Assembly (NCBI GenBank): GCA_039683575.1
Contig: JBDKRC010000036.1
Location: 1 to 13,819 of the forward strand
Length of the DNA stretch: 13,819 bases
From: Armatimonadia bacterium
GTDB taxonomy: Bacteria; Armatimonadota; Zipacnadia; Zipacnadales; UBA11051
Direction: 5' to 3'
In this document: one piece after another, positions 1 to 8,440 of the stretch
How the letters are laid out: each line of letters starts with the position of its first letter
Numbering within the stretch: the first letter of the stretch is position 1
Notes under the pieces: generated by a model
The model's input: the letters and a program-made list of their open reading frames with translations, nothing else
Told to the model about the DNA's origin: nothing
Databases searched by the model: none
Program-made: the position numbers and the translations under genes

Positions 1-126
1 CTACGGCTTCCGCGACGTCCAATTCTTCATGCTCAAAATACTCCAGCGATGCGGACAGTTGCCCTCGCTGCAGCACGTACTTACGACATGTCAATAGGTT
101 CTACCCACACTAATTGAGGAAGAGCC
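1..126 (+). mobile_element. Right end of an ISL3-family insertion sequence (truncated by window edge)
   Basis: Transposase C-terminus followed by ...CCCACACTAATTGAGGAAGAGCC ending at 126. Its reverse complement begins GGCTCTTC, the typical ISL3 terminal inverted repeat start. Confidence 0.85.
2..97 (+). CDS. ISL3-family transposase, C-terminal fragment
   Basis: Frame 2 reads YGFRDVQFFMLKILQRCGQLPSLQHVLTTCQ*. YGFRxxxxFxLKI is the characteristic ISL3 transposase C-terminal motif. Not in the ORF track because it is 5'-truncated. Confidence 0.85.
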   Translation, partial: YGFRDVQFFMLKILQRCGQLPSLQHVLTTCQ

Positions 127-136
127 AAGGCAGGAA

Positions 137-1585
137 TCAGACGTTCACCCCGTAGATGGTGGCATCAAAGGCTTCCAGCCGCAGAATCAGCGCGTCGTAA
201 CGATACGGTTCGCTGGTGCGGTCGCCCTGCCAGCGGATAGTGTGACCGGTGCTGTCGCCCTGTACGGGAAGGGCTTCGTCGAGATGGTAGCCTTGCAGCG
301 GACGGCCGAAGATGTCGCGCAACTCCGCCCGCAACTGCCCTCTTACTGCGGCATCAACGGTGATCTCGGCGGCTCCGGGAATGCACTTGACCTCGAGCGT
401 ACCGCGAAGGCCCGCGGTGGTCTGCAGGCCCGCCAGACGCCGTTTGGGCACACGGGCGGCCATGATGACCGTGCGGCGCGTGTCTACGCCCTCGGGCAGT
501 TCGCGGTTATGCTTCCAGTTCCCCCCGTCATAGAGCATCAGCCAGTCGTCGCCGCTTTCCAGCAGGCGGTTGGTGGGATAGATCGAGTAGTAGTCAATCT
601 CATCAATCCCGCCCCGAGGGATGAAGCCGCCGCGGAGCGGGCGGTTCCAGTGACGGCCATCGCGACTGAAGCAAAGCTCAAGGTCCATAGTCTGCGCCCA
701 GCAGCGGTAGTGGCCGAGCATCCCCACCCGCCAGTCGTCCAGTTCGTGCACGGACATGTGGTAGAACTGGATGTCGAGCGGGTCGTCCTCGTCGGGGATG
801 ATGATGAGCTCCGGGTCGCTCCAGAGCAGGCCGTCGTCGCTCGTGCGCCGGTGCATCACGCGGATGATCTGCGGGGCGTTGTCATGCGGGGTGTAGTGGT
901 GGGACTGCGGGTCGTTGGGTGCGAGCCAGACCGAGTACATCTCGAACATGCGCAGACGCTCGTTGTAGTAGACGAAGGTCGCGTCGTTGCTGCGGCGGCG
1001 CTTGGCCTCGAGCCACGGAACGGTGCGCTCGGCCTCGAAATCCGCGCGCACGACGGGCGCAGTCAGTCCCGCAGCAAAGCCGGACTGCCCCACATTGAAG
1101 TCCGAGGGATGAAAGACGCAAGGATCGTCAAGGTTAACGATCTCGAAGTCGAGACCATTGTCGCTTTCGGCGGCAACATAGCGGGCGCGGCCACGGTCAT
1201 GGCCGTGCCACCAGAAGTAGATGCGGACGCGCCCGTCGGGCAGGGGGACGGCCTGCTGCTGCACCAGGCGTTCCTCGAGCGCGAGGCCCCCTGGGTGAAT
1301 GTAGCCATCCTCCCCCACCCTGACTCTGTCCCAATGCAGTCCGTCGGCGCTTTCGGCGATGGCCAGATGGTAGTCGCGACCCGGATATGCGCCGCGGTCT
1401 GAGTAGTAAAGCCGCCAGCCGCCTTGCCACGGGATGACAGAGTTTGCGAACACCGCGTAGTGGTGCTCCGGCTCCTTGCCGCTGAAGTCTACGGGGCCGA
1501 GTTTCTCAACCGGCGCAGGCGCGAGATGCAGGCCGTGTGAGGACAGCAAGTCAGCATCGTCGTAGAAGCGGATGGTGCGGCCCAT
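137..1585 (-). CDS. Uncharacterised Asp-box beta-propeller protein, putative glycoside hydrolase (GH32/GH130-like fold), about 482 aa, no signal peptide
   Basis: Four Asp-box-like motifs (ESADGLHW, ESDNGLDF, TSDDGLLW, FSRDGRHW) and a C-terminal beta-rich domain. ATG at 1585 is preferred over GTG at 1594 because GAGGTGA, which overlaps the upstream stop, lies 5 nt before it. Confidence 0.75.
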   Translation of the reverse strand: MGRTIRFYDDADLLSSHGLHLAPAPVEKLGPVDFSGKEPEHHYAVFANSVIPWQGGWRLYYSDRGAYPGRDYHLAIAESADGLHWDRVRVGEDGYIHPGGLALEERLVQQQAVPLPDGRVRIYFWWHGHDRGRARYVAAESDNGLDFEIVNLDDPCVFHPSDFNVGQSGFAAGLTAPVVRADFEAERTVPWLEAKRRRSNDATFVYYNERLRMFEMYSVWLAPNDPQSHHYTPHDNAPQIIRVMHRRTSDDGLLWSDPELIIIPDEDDPLDIQFYHMSVHELDDWRVGMLGHYRCWAQTMDLELCFSRDGRHWNRPLRGGFIPRGGIDEIDYYSIYPTNRLLESGDDWLMLYDGGNWKHNRELPEGVDTRRTVIMAARVPKRRLAGLQTTAGLRGTLEVKCIPGAAEITVDAAVRGQLRAELRDIFGRPLQGYHLDEALPVQGDSTGHTIRWQGDRTSEPYRYDALILRLEAFDATIYGVNV

Positions 1586-1595
1586 GCGCGTCACC

Positions 1596-4500
1596 TCAGT
1601 CGAAGGGTCCGGCTACCTTGTTCATGGTGATCCGCTGCGTGCCCAGGCGGCGGGCTGTGGCATCGGGGCCGGTCTTCAGCGCGGCCTCGATGGTATAGGC
1701 CCCGGCAGGGAGACCGGCAGTGTTGAGCGTGGCGTCGAGACGCTCGGCGTCGGCAGAGAGCACCTGACGCCGGAGGGCATGAGTGCCCTGCAGCAGCGAG
1801 AAGACGACTACAGCGCGCTCGGAGAGTGCCTCGTCGAGGTTCAGGTCAAGGTGCAACTGGCCGGCGGCATCATTGAGATAGTACAGGACTGGCTTGAGCG
1901 TCATCTTCAGGGCCGGGAGGACCTGCTGCTCCATGTGGCGCTCGGCGTAGGAGGCGTTGGTGTTGGCGTCTCGTACGACGAGCTTCATGGTTGCCGGGGC
2001 CTGATCGGTAGCTATCTCGTACGGGAGGGTCACTTGCTCGGACTTCCCGGGCTCCAGTGCGAACGGTCCCTTCTGGCGGTAGAGGGCGACCTTTTTGCCC
2101 TGCTTCCAGTCGAGAATGACGACGAAGTTCTTCGTCTCGGCGCTGTCGTTGCGAACGGTGGCGGTTAGTTCGTTGACTCCGACGACGCCGCGGCCGAGGC
2201 GGAAGTCCTGCAGGTAGCTGCCGCCGATGGTCGCGATGCCGAAGCGGCCGGGGACGCCGAAGCCCGAGCCGGTGGGCGACCAGCAGGAGAGTTCGAGGCT
2301 CTCGAGCGGCCGTCGCTCGCGGCAGATGTTGAAGCCGAAGACGTTGGAGGTGAGGTCAAGCGAGGTCAAGGGAATGCCCATCTCGACGAACCACCGCCGG
2401 CCGGGCACATCGACCTTCGCGCCACGCTCCAGGGCCGGGCGCCAGGACTTGTCCTGCGGGTTGGACCAGAAGACCTTGCCAAGGGTGTTGATGACGATCT
2501 GGCGGAAGGTCGAGCGCGTCGGGCCGGGATCGAAGAAGAGCTCGAGGCAGTCATCTCCCCACACCGGTCCGCCGTCCTGGGCGACACGGGCGGTGATGTT
2601 GGTGATGTTCTCTTCGAGGCACTCAGCGGCGACGTAGAGGCTCTTGCCGTCGGTGCAGAGCCACACATGCGTCTGCTGGTCCGCGGGGCCGCTGCCGTCG
2701 ATGCGGGTGAAGCCGGGGATCTTCGCAGCTTTCTGCCACACCGCGTCGCTGAGATCGCCGTCGCACGCGGGAGCGGACTGGACCATCGGGATGCCGACCT
2801 GCTTCTGAGCGGCCATGGCTCCGGCGGTTGTGTCCGCGGCGCGGTCACTCCAGCGCAGGTCCTGGATGAGTTCTTTACCAGTCACGGCGGGCGGCGTCTT
2901 AGCCCGCGGAGTTGCCGGGGTCTCTCTGAGCGCTTCCATGATCTTCATGGTAGCCGAGGCGATCTGCCAGCGTACGCGGTCGTAGGTATCGAAGTCCCAG
3001 CCATTGGGAACCTTCAGCGGGCCGTAGGCAATCTTGGAGCCGTCGGGGCCGCTCTTTTCGCTGGTGAAGGCGGCGGTGCCACGAGTCTGCGGATTGTACC
3101 TGATACTCTTGGAGATGGCAGCCAGAGCGGCCTGGCCCTGCTTCGCGGCACGCTTGGCAGCGACGGAACGGGAGGCCTGGGCGCGCTGAATGGCGCGCTG
3201 GAGCGTGTAGACGTACTTGAAGTCATCCACGCCTGCGCGAGCGCCCTCCCAGCCGGTGGAGGGGCCGCCGACTTCGCCGATCTCTGGCATCGGGGGGTAC
3301 CAGTGCATCCAACTGCCGGTCTCGGCGTCCTGGTCGTCGTAGGGGTTGCCCGCGTAGGAGATGTAGGCCCAGTTGTACGTGCCGCGCGTTCCAGCACGGA
3401 GCTGGAAGAAGCCATTGCAGTACCGGCCCATCTCGGGGCGGTAGGACTCCACATCGTTGTTGTAGGAGACGATTATCCTGCCTTGAGCCTTCGCTTCGGC
3501 CAGCTTCTTGGCTTCAGGCACGGCACCGTTGCCATTCCAGACGTCGGCATAGGGCCCGACTTCGTTCAGGAAGTAGCCATCAACCGGGCCATCGATCTCG
3601 GTGCGCTGGCCGGGGATCTCTTTGAGCCACTTGAGGCAGGCGAGGTTGCGGCTGCGCTCGTCTGGGCCCTGCCATGACGGCTCGTCCACGGGCTGCACGA
3701 TGATTTCGGGCCACCCGCGCTCTTTGTGCACGCGCGCCATTTCCACCCAGAAGGCTTTGTAGGTCTCGATGTACTCCGGAGAGCCGAAGGCGTGCTTGCC
3801 CGCTACCGTCTGGCCCGTGTCACTGAGCTGGATGCTGGGCATGGGGAATTTCAGGTCGCGGTACAGATTCATGAAAGTCTCGTAGCGACTGCCTGCGACC
3901 GGGGAAACGGTGACCTTCGTGCCGTCAAGCTTCCACTCGGCATCGTCCAGCCCGAAGCAGAGACCTACTGAGGTCATGCCATGGGCGCGCTGGTCGCGCA
4001 GATCGCGCTCCATCACGCGGCGCTCGTCCTCGAGGGTCTTGGCGAACGAGGGCCTGGTGTAGTACTCGCCCCAGAGCATGTGCTTGGGCTCGATGAGGGT
4101 GTATGGCAGCACGCGGACCTGAAGGGGCACTTCCGAGGCCTGTCCCTTCTCAGCCTTCACCGTTACAGTGCCGCTGTAGACACCGGCAGCGGTTCCGGCC
4201 GGGATGGTGACGTTGAGCCAGTATAGCTGCGTCCGGCCGGCGGGAACGGCCACGGAGGCGCGCTCTTCGAGGATCGTCGGCATGTCCTTGATGTAGTAGT
4301 CGGAGGCGTACACCCAGCGCTTGTCGCGGTAGCTGACGGGGTAGGGCTTGATCGCCGAGGCCGGCAGCGCGGCCTTTGCGCTCTTGAGGTCCGCAGGCAC
4401 CAGAGTCGTCTGCCCCAGGTCCTGAAGTCCACGCACGCACAGGGCTACAGGAACCGTCTGCCCCGGGCAGCCGAACACTGAGAGCTTGGGATCGGCCTCT

Positions 4501-5135
4501 CCGGGGAGCGGGGTGGTGTTCGGGAACACGCTTTCGAGCCAGTGGCGAGCGAAGACAAGGTAGCCGCGCTGGTTCTCCGCATCGGTGGGCTGAATCGCCG
4601 GGGCTGTCTCCTGATGGACGATCGACTTGAACTTCGCCGCCATCGCGGTGAAGCGGAAGTTGTCGAGGTAGAGCGTGATGTCCTTGCGTGGCATCCTGAA
4701 GTACGGGTAGATCTTCGTGATCTTCTTCATGTCCAGGTCGTAGCGGTGTGAAGTTAGCCACAGCTCGACGGTACTCTTGCCCGGGTTGATGTTGCTGGAG
4801 AGGAAAACGCTCTTCCCACCAGCATCATCAATGCGACAGCTCATGCTGACTGGGCCGCTGCCGGGGTTGAAGACGTCGAAGGCAAGGATGGCGACGCCGG
4901 AGAGGTCGGGATTGGGCGGCGTGAAGGCCAGGCCCGGCCAGCTGTCGGTTGTTGAGCCTTTGACCTTGACCAGAAGGCTGTACTGGCCGTCTGTGGCATG
5001 TTCCTTGACCTGAGTGGCCTCTAGTCCACCCGCGGAGAAGGCCTTCAACTCCTGCGGCGTCTCGAAAGAGTTGAAGGTCTGGGCGGAGCAGAAGCTGGTG
5101 AGAATCAGGGAAAGCAGGAGAATGTGGCGGGTCAT
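1596..5135 (-). CDS. Secreted multidomain putative glycoside hydrolase: N-terminal CBM-like domain, GH123/DUF4091-like catalytic region, CBM9-like sugar-binding domain, C-terminal beta-rich domains (1179 aa)
   Basis: Signal peptide [18 protein letters not shown]. Adjacent acidic pair in QPVDEPS (D484/E485, nt 3681-3686). DUF4091-like [20 protein letters not shown]9-like [13 protein letters not shown]...[13 protein letters not shown]...WFVEMGIPL...FGFNICR (about 2225-2790). RBS GAGGTG before ATG. Confidence 0.75.
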   Translation of the reverse strand: MTRHILLLSLILTSFCSAQTFNSFETPQELKAFSAGGLEATQVKEHATDGQYSLLVKVKGSTTDSWPGLAFTPPNPDLSGVAILAFDVFNPGSGPVSMSCRIDDAGGKSVFLSSNINPGKSTVELWLTSHRYDLDMKKITKIYPYFRMPRKDITLYLDNFRFTAMAAKFKSIVHQETAPAIQPTDAENQRGYLVFARHWLESVFPNTTPLPGEADPKLSVFGCPGQTVPVALCVRGLQDLGQTTLVPADLKSAKAALPASAIKPYPVSYRDKRWVYASDYYIKDMPTILEERASVAVPAGRTQLYWLNVTIPAGTAAGVYSGTVTVKAEKGQASEVPLQVRVLPYTLIEPKHMLWGEYYTRPSFAKTLEDERRVMERDLRDQRAHGMTSVGLCFGLDDAEWKLDGTKVTVSPVAGSRYETFMNLYRDLKFPMPSIQLSDTGQTVAGKHAFGSPEYIETYKAFWVEMARVHKERGWPEIIVQPVDEPSWQGPDERSRNLACLKWLKEIPGQRTEIDGPVDGYFLNEVGPYADVWNGNGAVPEAKKLAEAKAQGRIIVSYNNDVESYRPEMGRYCNGFFQLRAGTRGTYNWAYISYAGNPYDDQDAETGSWMHWYPPMPEIGEVGGPSTGWEGARAGVDDFKYVYTLQRAIQRAQASRSVAAKRAAKQGQAALAAISKSIRYNPQTRGTAAFTSEKSGPDGSKIAYGPLKVPNGWDFDTYDRVRWQIASATMKIMEALRETPATPRAKTPPAVTGKELIQDLRWSDRAADTTAGAMAAQKQVGIPMVQSAPACDGDLSDAVWQKAAKIPGFTRIDGSGPADQQTHVWLCTDGKSLYVAAECLEENITNITARVAQDGGPVWGDDCLELFFDPGPTRSTFRQIVINTLGKVFWSNPQDKSWRPALERGAKVDVPGRRWFVEMGIPLTSLDLTSNVFGFNICRERRPLESLELSCWSPTGSGFGVPGRFGIATIGGSYLQDFRLGRGVVGVNELTATVRNDSAETKNFVVILDWKQGKKVALYRQKGPFALEPGKSEQVTLPYEIATDQAPATMKLVVRDANTNASYAERHMEQQVLPALKMTLKPVLYYLNDAAGQLHLDLNLDEALSERAVVVFSLLQGTHALRRQVLSADAERLDATLNTAGLPAGAYTIEAALKTGPDATARRLGTQRITMNKVAGPFD

Positions 5136-5247
5136 GGAGCACCTCAGGAGACGGCATGATCAGACAGACGCGGTGTGGTTCGTCATCAGACAGGCGGACT
5201 CCTGCGCCATGAGGGGGCTGAGGACCTTCATGATCATCATCCACAAG

Positions 5248-5276
5248 TTGACAAACCGTGCAGGTTATACTACATT
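5248..5276 (+). promoter_or_regulatory. Sigma70-type promoter for the cold-shock gene
   Basis: TTGACA (5248-5253), 17-bp spacer, TACATT (5271-5276). Predicted start of transcription about 5283. Confidence 0.75.
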
Positions 5277-5322
5277 AGCATTGTGTCTGATCTACTTCAG
5301 CCGCGCCGGGGAGGGATGCCCA

Positions 5323-5574
5323 ATGCGCGGCACAGTTAAGTGGTTTGATGCGAAGAAGGGGTATGGCTTCATTCAGCGTCCAGGTGAAGAGGACATTTTC
5401 GTCCACTTTACGTCTATAAGACAAAAGGGCTTTAAGACCCTGGACGATGGTGAAGAGGTGGAATTCGAGATCTTCATGGGTGACCGAGGCCCGCAGGCGA
5501 CTAATGTCTCCAGACTGGGTGGTGGCGATGCGTGGCAGGAGCCTGCAGACATTGCACCGCGGGAGTCTTGGTGA
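5323..5574 (+). CDS. csp: Cold-shock domain protein (CspA family), 83 aa with short C-terminal tail
   Basis: [17 protein letters not shown]...DIFVHFTSI...[15 protein letters not shown]...GPQATNV, with RNP1 (KGYGFI) and RNP2 (IFVHF). RBS GGGAGG upstream. The track ORF from 5014 is over-extended. Confidence 0.96.
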   Translation: MRGTVKWFDAKKGYGFIQRPGEEDIFVHFTSIRQKGFKTLDDGEEVEFEIFMGDRGPQATNVSRLGGGDAWQEPADIAPRESW

Positions 5575-5594
5575 GACTAAGCTGGATCGTCGTG

Positions 5595-5644
5595 AGCCCA
5601 CTTTCACCCCCTGCTGCGCAGGGGGAAGGTGGGCTATTTTGTTT
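5595..5644 (+). terminator. Long GC-rich hairpin with T-rich tail between csp and hpf (intrinsic terminator or attenuator-like)
   Basis: AGCCCACTTTCACCCCCTGC-TGC-GCAGGGGGAAGGTGGGCT followed by ATTTTGTTT. About 18-bp stem with one small bulge and a G-U pair. Confidence 0.65.
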
Positions 5645-5661
5645 CCCGGAGGAGTGGCGAA

Positions 5662-6237
5662 ATGCGCATCGATTTTAAGGGATTGAACAACTTCGTGGTG
5701 GAGCCGGGGTTCATCGACCACGCTCGCCCGCGCCTTGAGGGCCTCCTTCACTTTAGCGACCGGCTACGTGAATGCCGCGTAGCCATTTCTCTGCAGCGTG
5801 GACGCTACACGGTTGAGATCACCTCCGACATCAACGGTCAGGTCTTTCGCTCCGAGACCAGGGACAACGACCTGCTGGCCGCGTTCGACGCCGCTCAGGA
5901 GAAGATCGAGCGGCAACTCACAGCTTTCAAGGCCAAGCGCGTGCGGCTCCGCAAGCAGGGCCCGCGCCGGGGCGAGGCTCTGCCTGAAGTGCCGGTAGTG
6001 GTACCTGCCGATGACGAAGACGAGGAACTGATCGAGTACGACATCATCCGCACGAAGTCTCACGCGGTCAAGCCGATGTCCCCGCAGGAGGCCGTGCTGC
6101 AGATGGAGATGGTCGGCCACGACTTCTACGTCTTCCGCGACGACACCAACGACCAGATCCAGGTCGTCTACCGGCGGCGCAATGGTGGTTACGGTCTGAT
6201 CGTCCCGACGGAGCAGATGGAGGAAGAAGAGAAGTAG
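5662..6237 (+). CDS. hpf: Long-form ribosome hibernation promoting factor (RaiA/HPF, S30AE family), 191 aa
   Basis: N-terminal HPF domain (DLLAAFDAAQEKIERQL) plus C-terminal dimerisation domain (IIRTKSHAVKPMSPQEAVLQMEMVGHDFYVFRD...VVYRRRNGGYGLI). RBS GGAGGAG 7 nt before ATG 5662. Confidence 0.95.
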   Translation: MRIDFKGLNNFVVEPGFIDHARPRLEGLLHFSDRLRECRVAISLQRGRYTVEITSDINGQVFRSETRDNDLLAAFDAAQEKIERQLTAFKAKRVRLRKQGPRRGEALPEVPVVVPADDEDEELIEYDIIRTKSHAVKPMSPQEAVLQMEMVGHDFYVFRDDTNDQIQVVYRRRNGGYGLIVPTEQMEEEEK

Positions 6238-6254
6238 GCGCAAGACCTCGCGAG

Positions 6255-6290
6255 AAAACAACGGGCGGCCCGCAGAGGGCCGCCCGTTTT
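6255..6290. terminator. Probably bidirectional intrinsic terminator between convergent hpf and the 661-aa gene
   Basis: AAAAC-AACGGGCGGCCC-GCAGA-GGGCCGCCCGTT-TT: perfect 12-bp stem with A-rich and T-rich flanks. Confidence 0.85.
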
Positions 6291-6310
6291 CGTATCTGCC
6301 AAAACCGCTG

Positions 6311-8296
6311 CTACTGCCGTGGGACGTACACCCGCACCTCGCCCTCGCGGAACACCTCACTCAGCCCGTATGACTCCAATCGCCGCCCGCCCTGAGCGAT
6401 GATCCACCGAATGTCATCTTCCTTCAGGAGGCGCCGCATCCCCGCCTCTCCCCCATCCGTCGCGCGACGGAGTTCCGCGTACCGTGCATCCCACAGTTCG
6501 CCCTGGCCGAACTTGCGCGCCATGTCTTCGTTGTCGAGCCAGATGCGGGCGTTGAGCAGGCCTGAGACGTATCCCCAGTTGTGGCCGAGATGCTCGATCT
6601 GCGGGAAGCGGCCGGGCGTGGGCTGGTAGCGAGGGTCGATCAGTACGATGTCGCGCGGACTGGCGTGCTGGTCGAGATACCGCAGGGCCGCCATCTCGTC
6701 GGCAGAGACGATGGAAACAGGAAGTCCAACTCGGCACCAGAGGGAGAGCTGCGCGTTCTCCCATGAGCCGTAGAAGACCAACACGAGCAACAGGAGCAGG
6801 CCCCAGCGGCGTCTGAGCCACGTCCAGTTCTCGACAAGCAGGTATGCGAGGCCGAGGTTCGCGAGGAGAAGCGCGGGCCAGAGCACGCGCAGGACGTCGT
6901 ATTGCGCGCCCTGGTAGGCGAGTTTGTTGAAGTCTACCACCGCACTTAGCAATACCCCGCCGGTGACAAGACAGAGCCCCAGCAGGTACTCCGGCTGCGC
7001 CAGTCGCCGCCAGGGGAAGCGATGTGCGGCCAGAAGAACCAGGCTGCGAACCCACAGGCTGCCGAGCAGGTAGAAGATGACAGCGATCGGATAGACGGCG
7101 AGGAACTTCAGGAGCTTCAGAGCGCTTGTCGCGCTCGGATTGGCCAGCAGCGGCGACAGAGGCTCAGACAGGAAGGGGAAGGCCCACGAGAGTGCGCGGA
7201 TCGTCGGGGAAGGGCCGATGGCCGCCAGTGGCGAGCCGCCGCCCGTGCCCGTGCCCATGAAGAGTTTGAGCACGACTATGCCGAGGAGTGCCCCAGCGGT
7301 CAGTGTAGCCGCCAGACCGACATCCTGCCGGCGGATGAGGCAAATTACGAGCCAGAGCGGCATGGCCACGTATACTGCCAACCCCAGCCACGGAACGTGG
7401 CCGAGACCGGAGACCAACATCAGCAGCGAGAGCCAGATAGCGCCCTTCTGCCGCTCTCGCACCGCCAGGACCAGCAGGGCCAGCATCGTTAGCAGCACTG
7501 GCACCGCGACCGCAAAAATGTCCGTTCCTGCCCAGTGGAGTGCGGGGGAATGGGCGAAGCGATCATTCAGAAGCCAGCGCGGGTTGCCGAGAAAGGCGGT
7601 GAGGAGCGTAGCGGTTGCCGCTACTGCTGCTGTCGCGCCGAGTGCGCGGTAGAGGGCCAGGGCGCAGCAGGCCGCCACAGGCACCCCAAACAGCCCCAGC
7701 CACAGCGCAGCGACCTGGTAGTAGTTGGAGGAAATGCCCAGGGCCTTCATGACCGGCAGGAGTGCAGTGAACCGCAGAAGCGACATGCCCTTCATCGGGA
7801 CGCCGGCAAGCCACGGCCAGTCCGGGCGGCCGGCGCAGTCCATGAGGCTCGACAGCACGGCATTGCGGTACAGCAGGTCCGGCCAGACGAAGCGGCCGGC
7901 GAGGCTGCCATCGTCGAGGTAGCGGATCTGGCCCCAGTTCATCGCAGCGGTGAAGAGCAGGCCCACAAGCACGGCCAAAACGAAGACCAGGCGCTGGCTT
8001 CGCTGCAGATCGCAAGCCTCGCGTCCGCGTGTCAGGTCCCACACGACCATCCCCGCCCCCAGACCTATCGCCAGCCAGCCAAAGCCAGTCGCCAGCCACG
8101 GCTGGCTGTTCATCGCCGCGAGGTAGCCGACCCAGCCCAGTATAACCAGACCAACGGCACAGGCGACGCCGAGGCGTTCCTGGGCAGAGCCCAGCCGCAG
8201 ACCCGCAAGCCGGCACAGCAGGCGGCCCGGGCCGTAGGCGGCGAGGTACACCGCGATCACAAAGGCGATCATCAACCACAGCGGAGGTGGATACAT
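6311..8296 (-). CDS. Polytopic integral membrane protein, possibly GT-C-fold glycosyltransferase-like (661 aa)
   Basis: More than 12 hydrophobic segments. External loop containing WPDLLYR after the fourth hydrophobic segment. Soluble C-terminal domain (VSADEMAALRYLDQHASPRDIVL...LLKEDDIRWII) resembling GT-C C-terminal domains. RBS GAGG upstream. Function is inferred. Confidence 0.7.
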   Translation of the reverse strand: MYPPPLWLMIAFVIAVYLAAYGPGRLLCRLAGLRLGSAQERLGVACAVGLVILGWVGYLAAMNSQPWLATGFGWLAIGLGAGMVVWDLTRGREACDLQRSQRLVFVLAVLVGLLFTAAMNWGQIRYLDDGSLAGRFVWPDLLYRNAVLSSLMDCAGRPDWPWLAGVPMKGMSLLRFTALLPVMKALGISSNYYQVAALWLGLFGVPVAACCALALYRALGATAAVAATATLLTAFLGNPRWLLNDRFAHSPALHWAGTDIFAVAVPVLLTMLALLVLAVRERQKGAIWLSLLMLVSGLGHVPWLGLAVYVAMPLWLVICLIRRQDVGLAATLTAGALLGIVVLKLFMGTGTGGGSPLAAIGPSPTIRALSWAFPFLSEPLSPLLANPSATSALKLLKFLAVYPIAVIFYLLGSLWVRSLVLLAAHRFPWRRLAQPEYLLGLCLVTGGVLLSAVVDFNKLAYQGAQYDVLRVLWPALLLANLGLAYLLVENWTWLRRRWGLLLLLVLVFYGSWENAQLSLWCRVGLPVSIVSADEMAALRYLDQHASPRDIVLIDPRYQPTPGRFPQIEHLGHNWGYVSGLLNARIWLDNEDMARKFGQGELWDARYAELRRATDGGEAGMRRLLKEDDIRWIIAQGGRRLESYGLSEVFREGEVRVYVPRQ

Positions 8297-8386
8297 GTGC
8301 CGTCCTCAGGGGGGCAGTCGCAGCCGATAATCTCGGCGCCATTCAGCTTGTCCAGAAGGAGGCCGATTCCCTTCTGCTATCAATGG

Positions 8387-8415
8387 AAAAGAGCGCCCCA
8401 ATCGGAGCGCTCTTT
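8387..8415 (-). terminator. Intrinsic terminator downstream of the 290-aa gene
   Basis: Minus strand reads AAAGAGCGCTCC-GATT-GGGGCGCTCTTTT, a GC stem followed by a T run, 25 nt after the stop at 8441. Confidence 0.75.
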
Positions 8416-8440
8416 GGCGAAACGTCGTCAAAATCGGCGG

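Noticed and set aside
242..1402. 386-aa plus-strand ORF (and similar 1572-2168, 2667-3677)
   Set aside because: Antisense shadows of the minus-strand genes, common in GC-rich DNA. No recognisable motifs.
5014..5322. N-terminal extension of the cold-shock ORF (186 aa in the track)
   Set aside because: Overlaps the divergent gene and the promoter. The RBS and domain start both point to ATG 5323.
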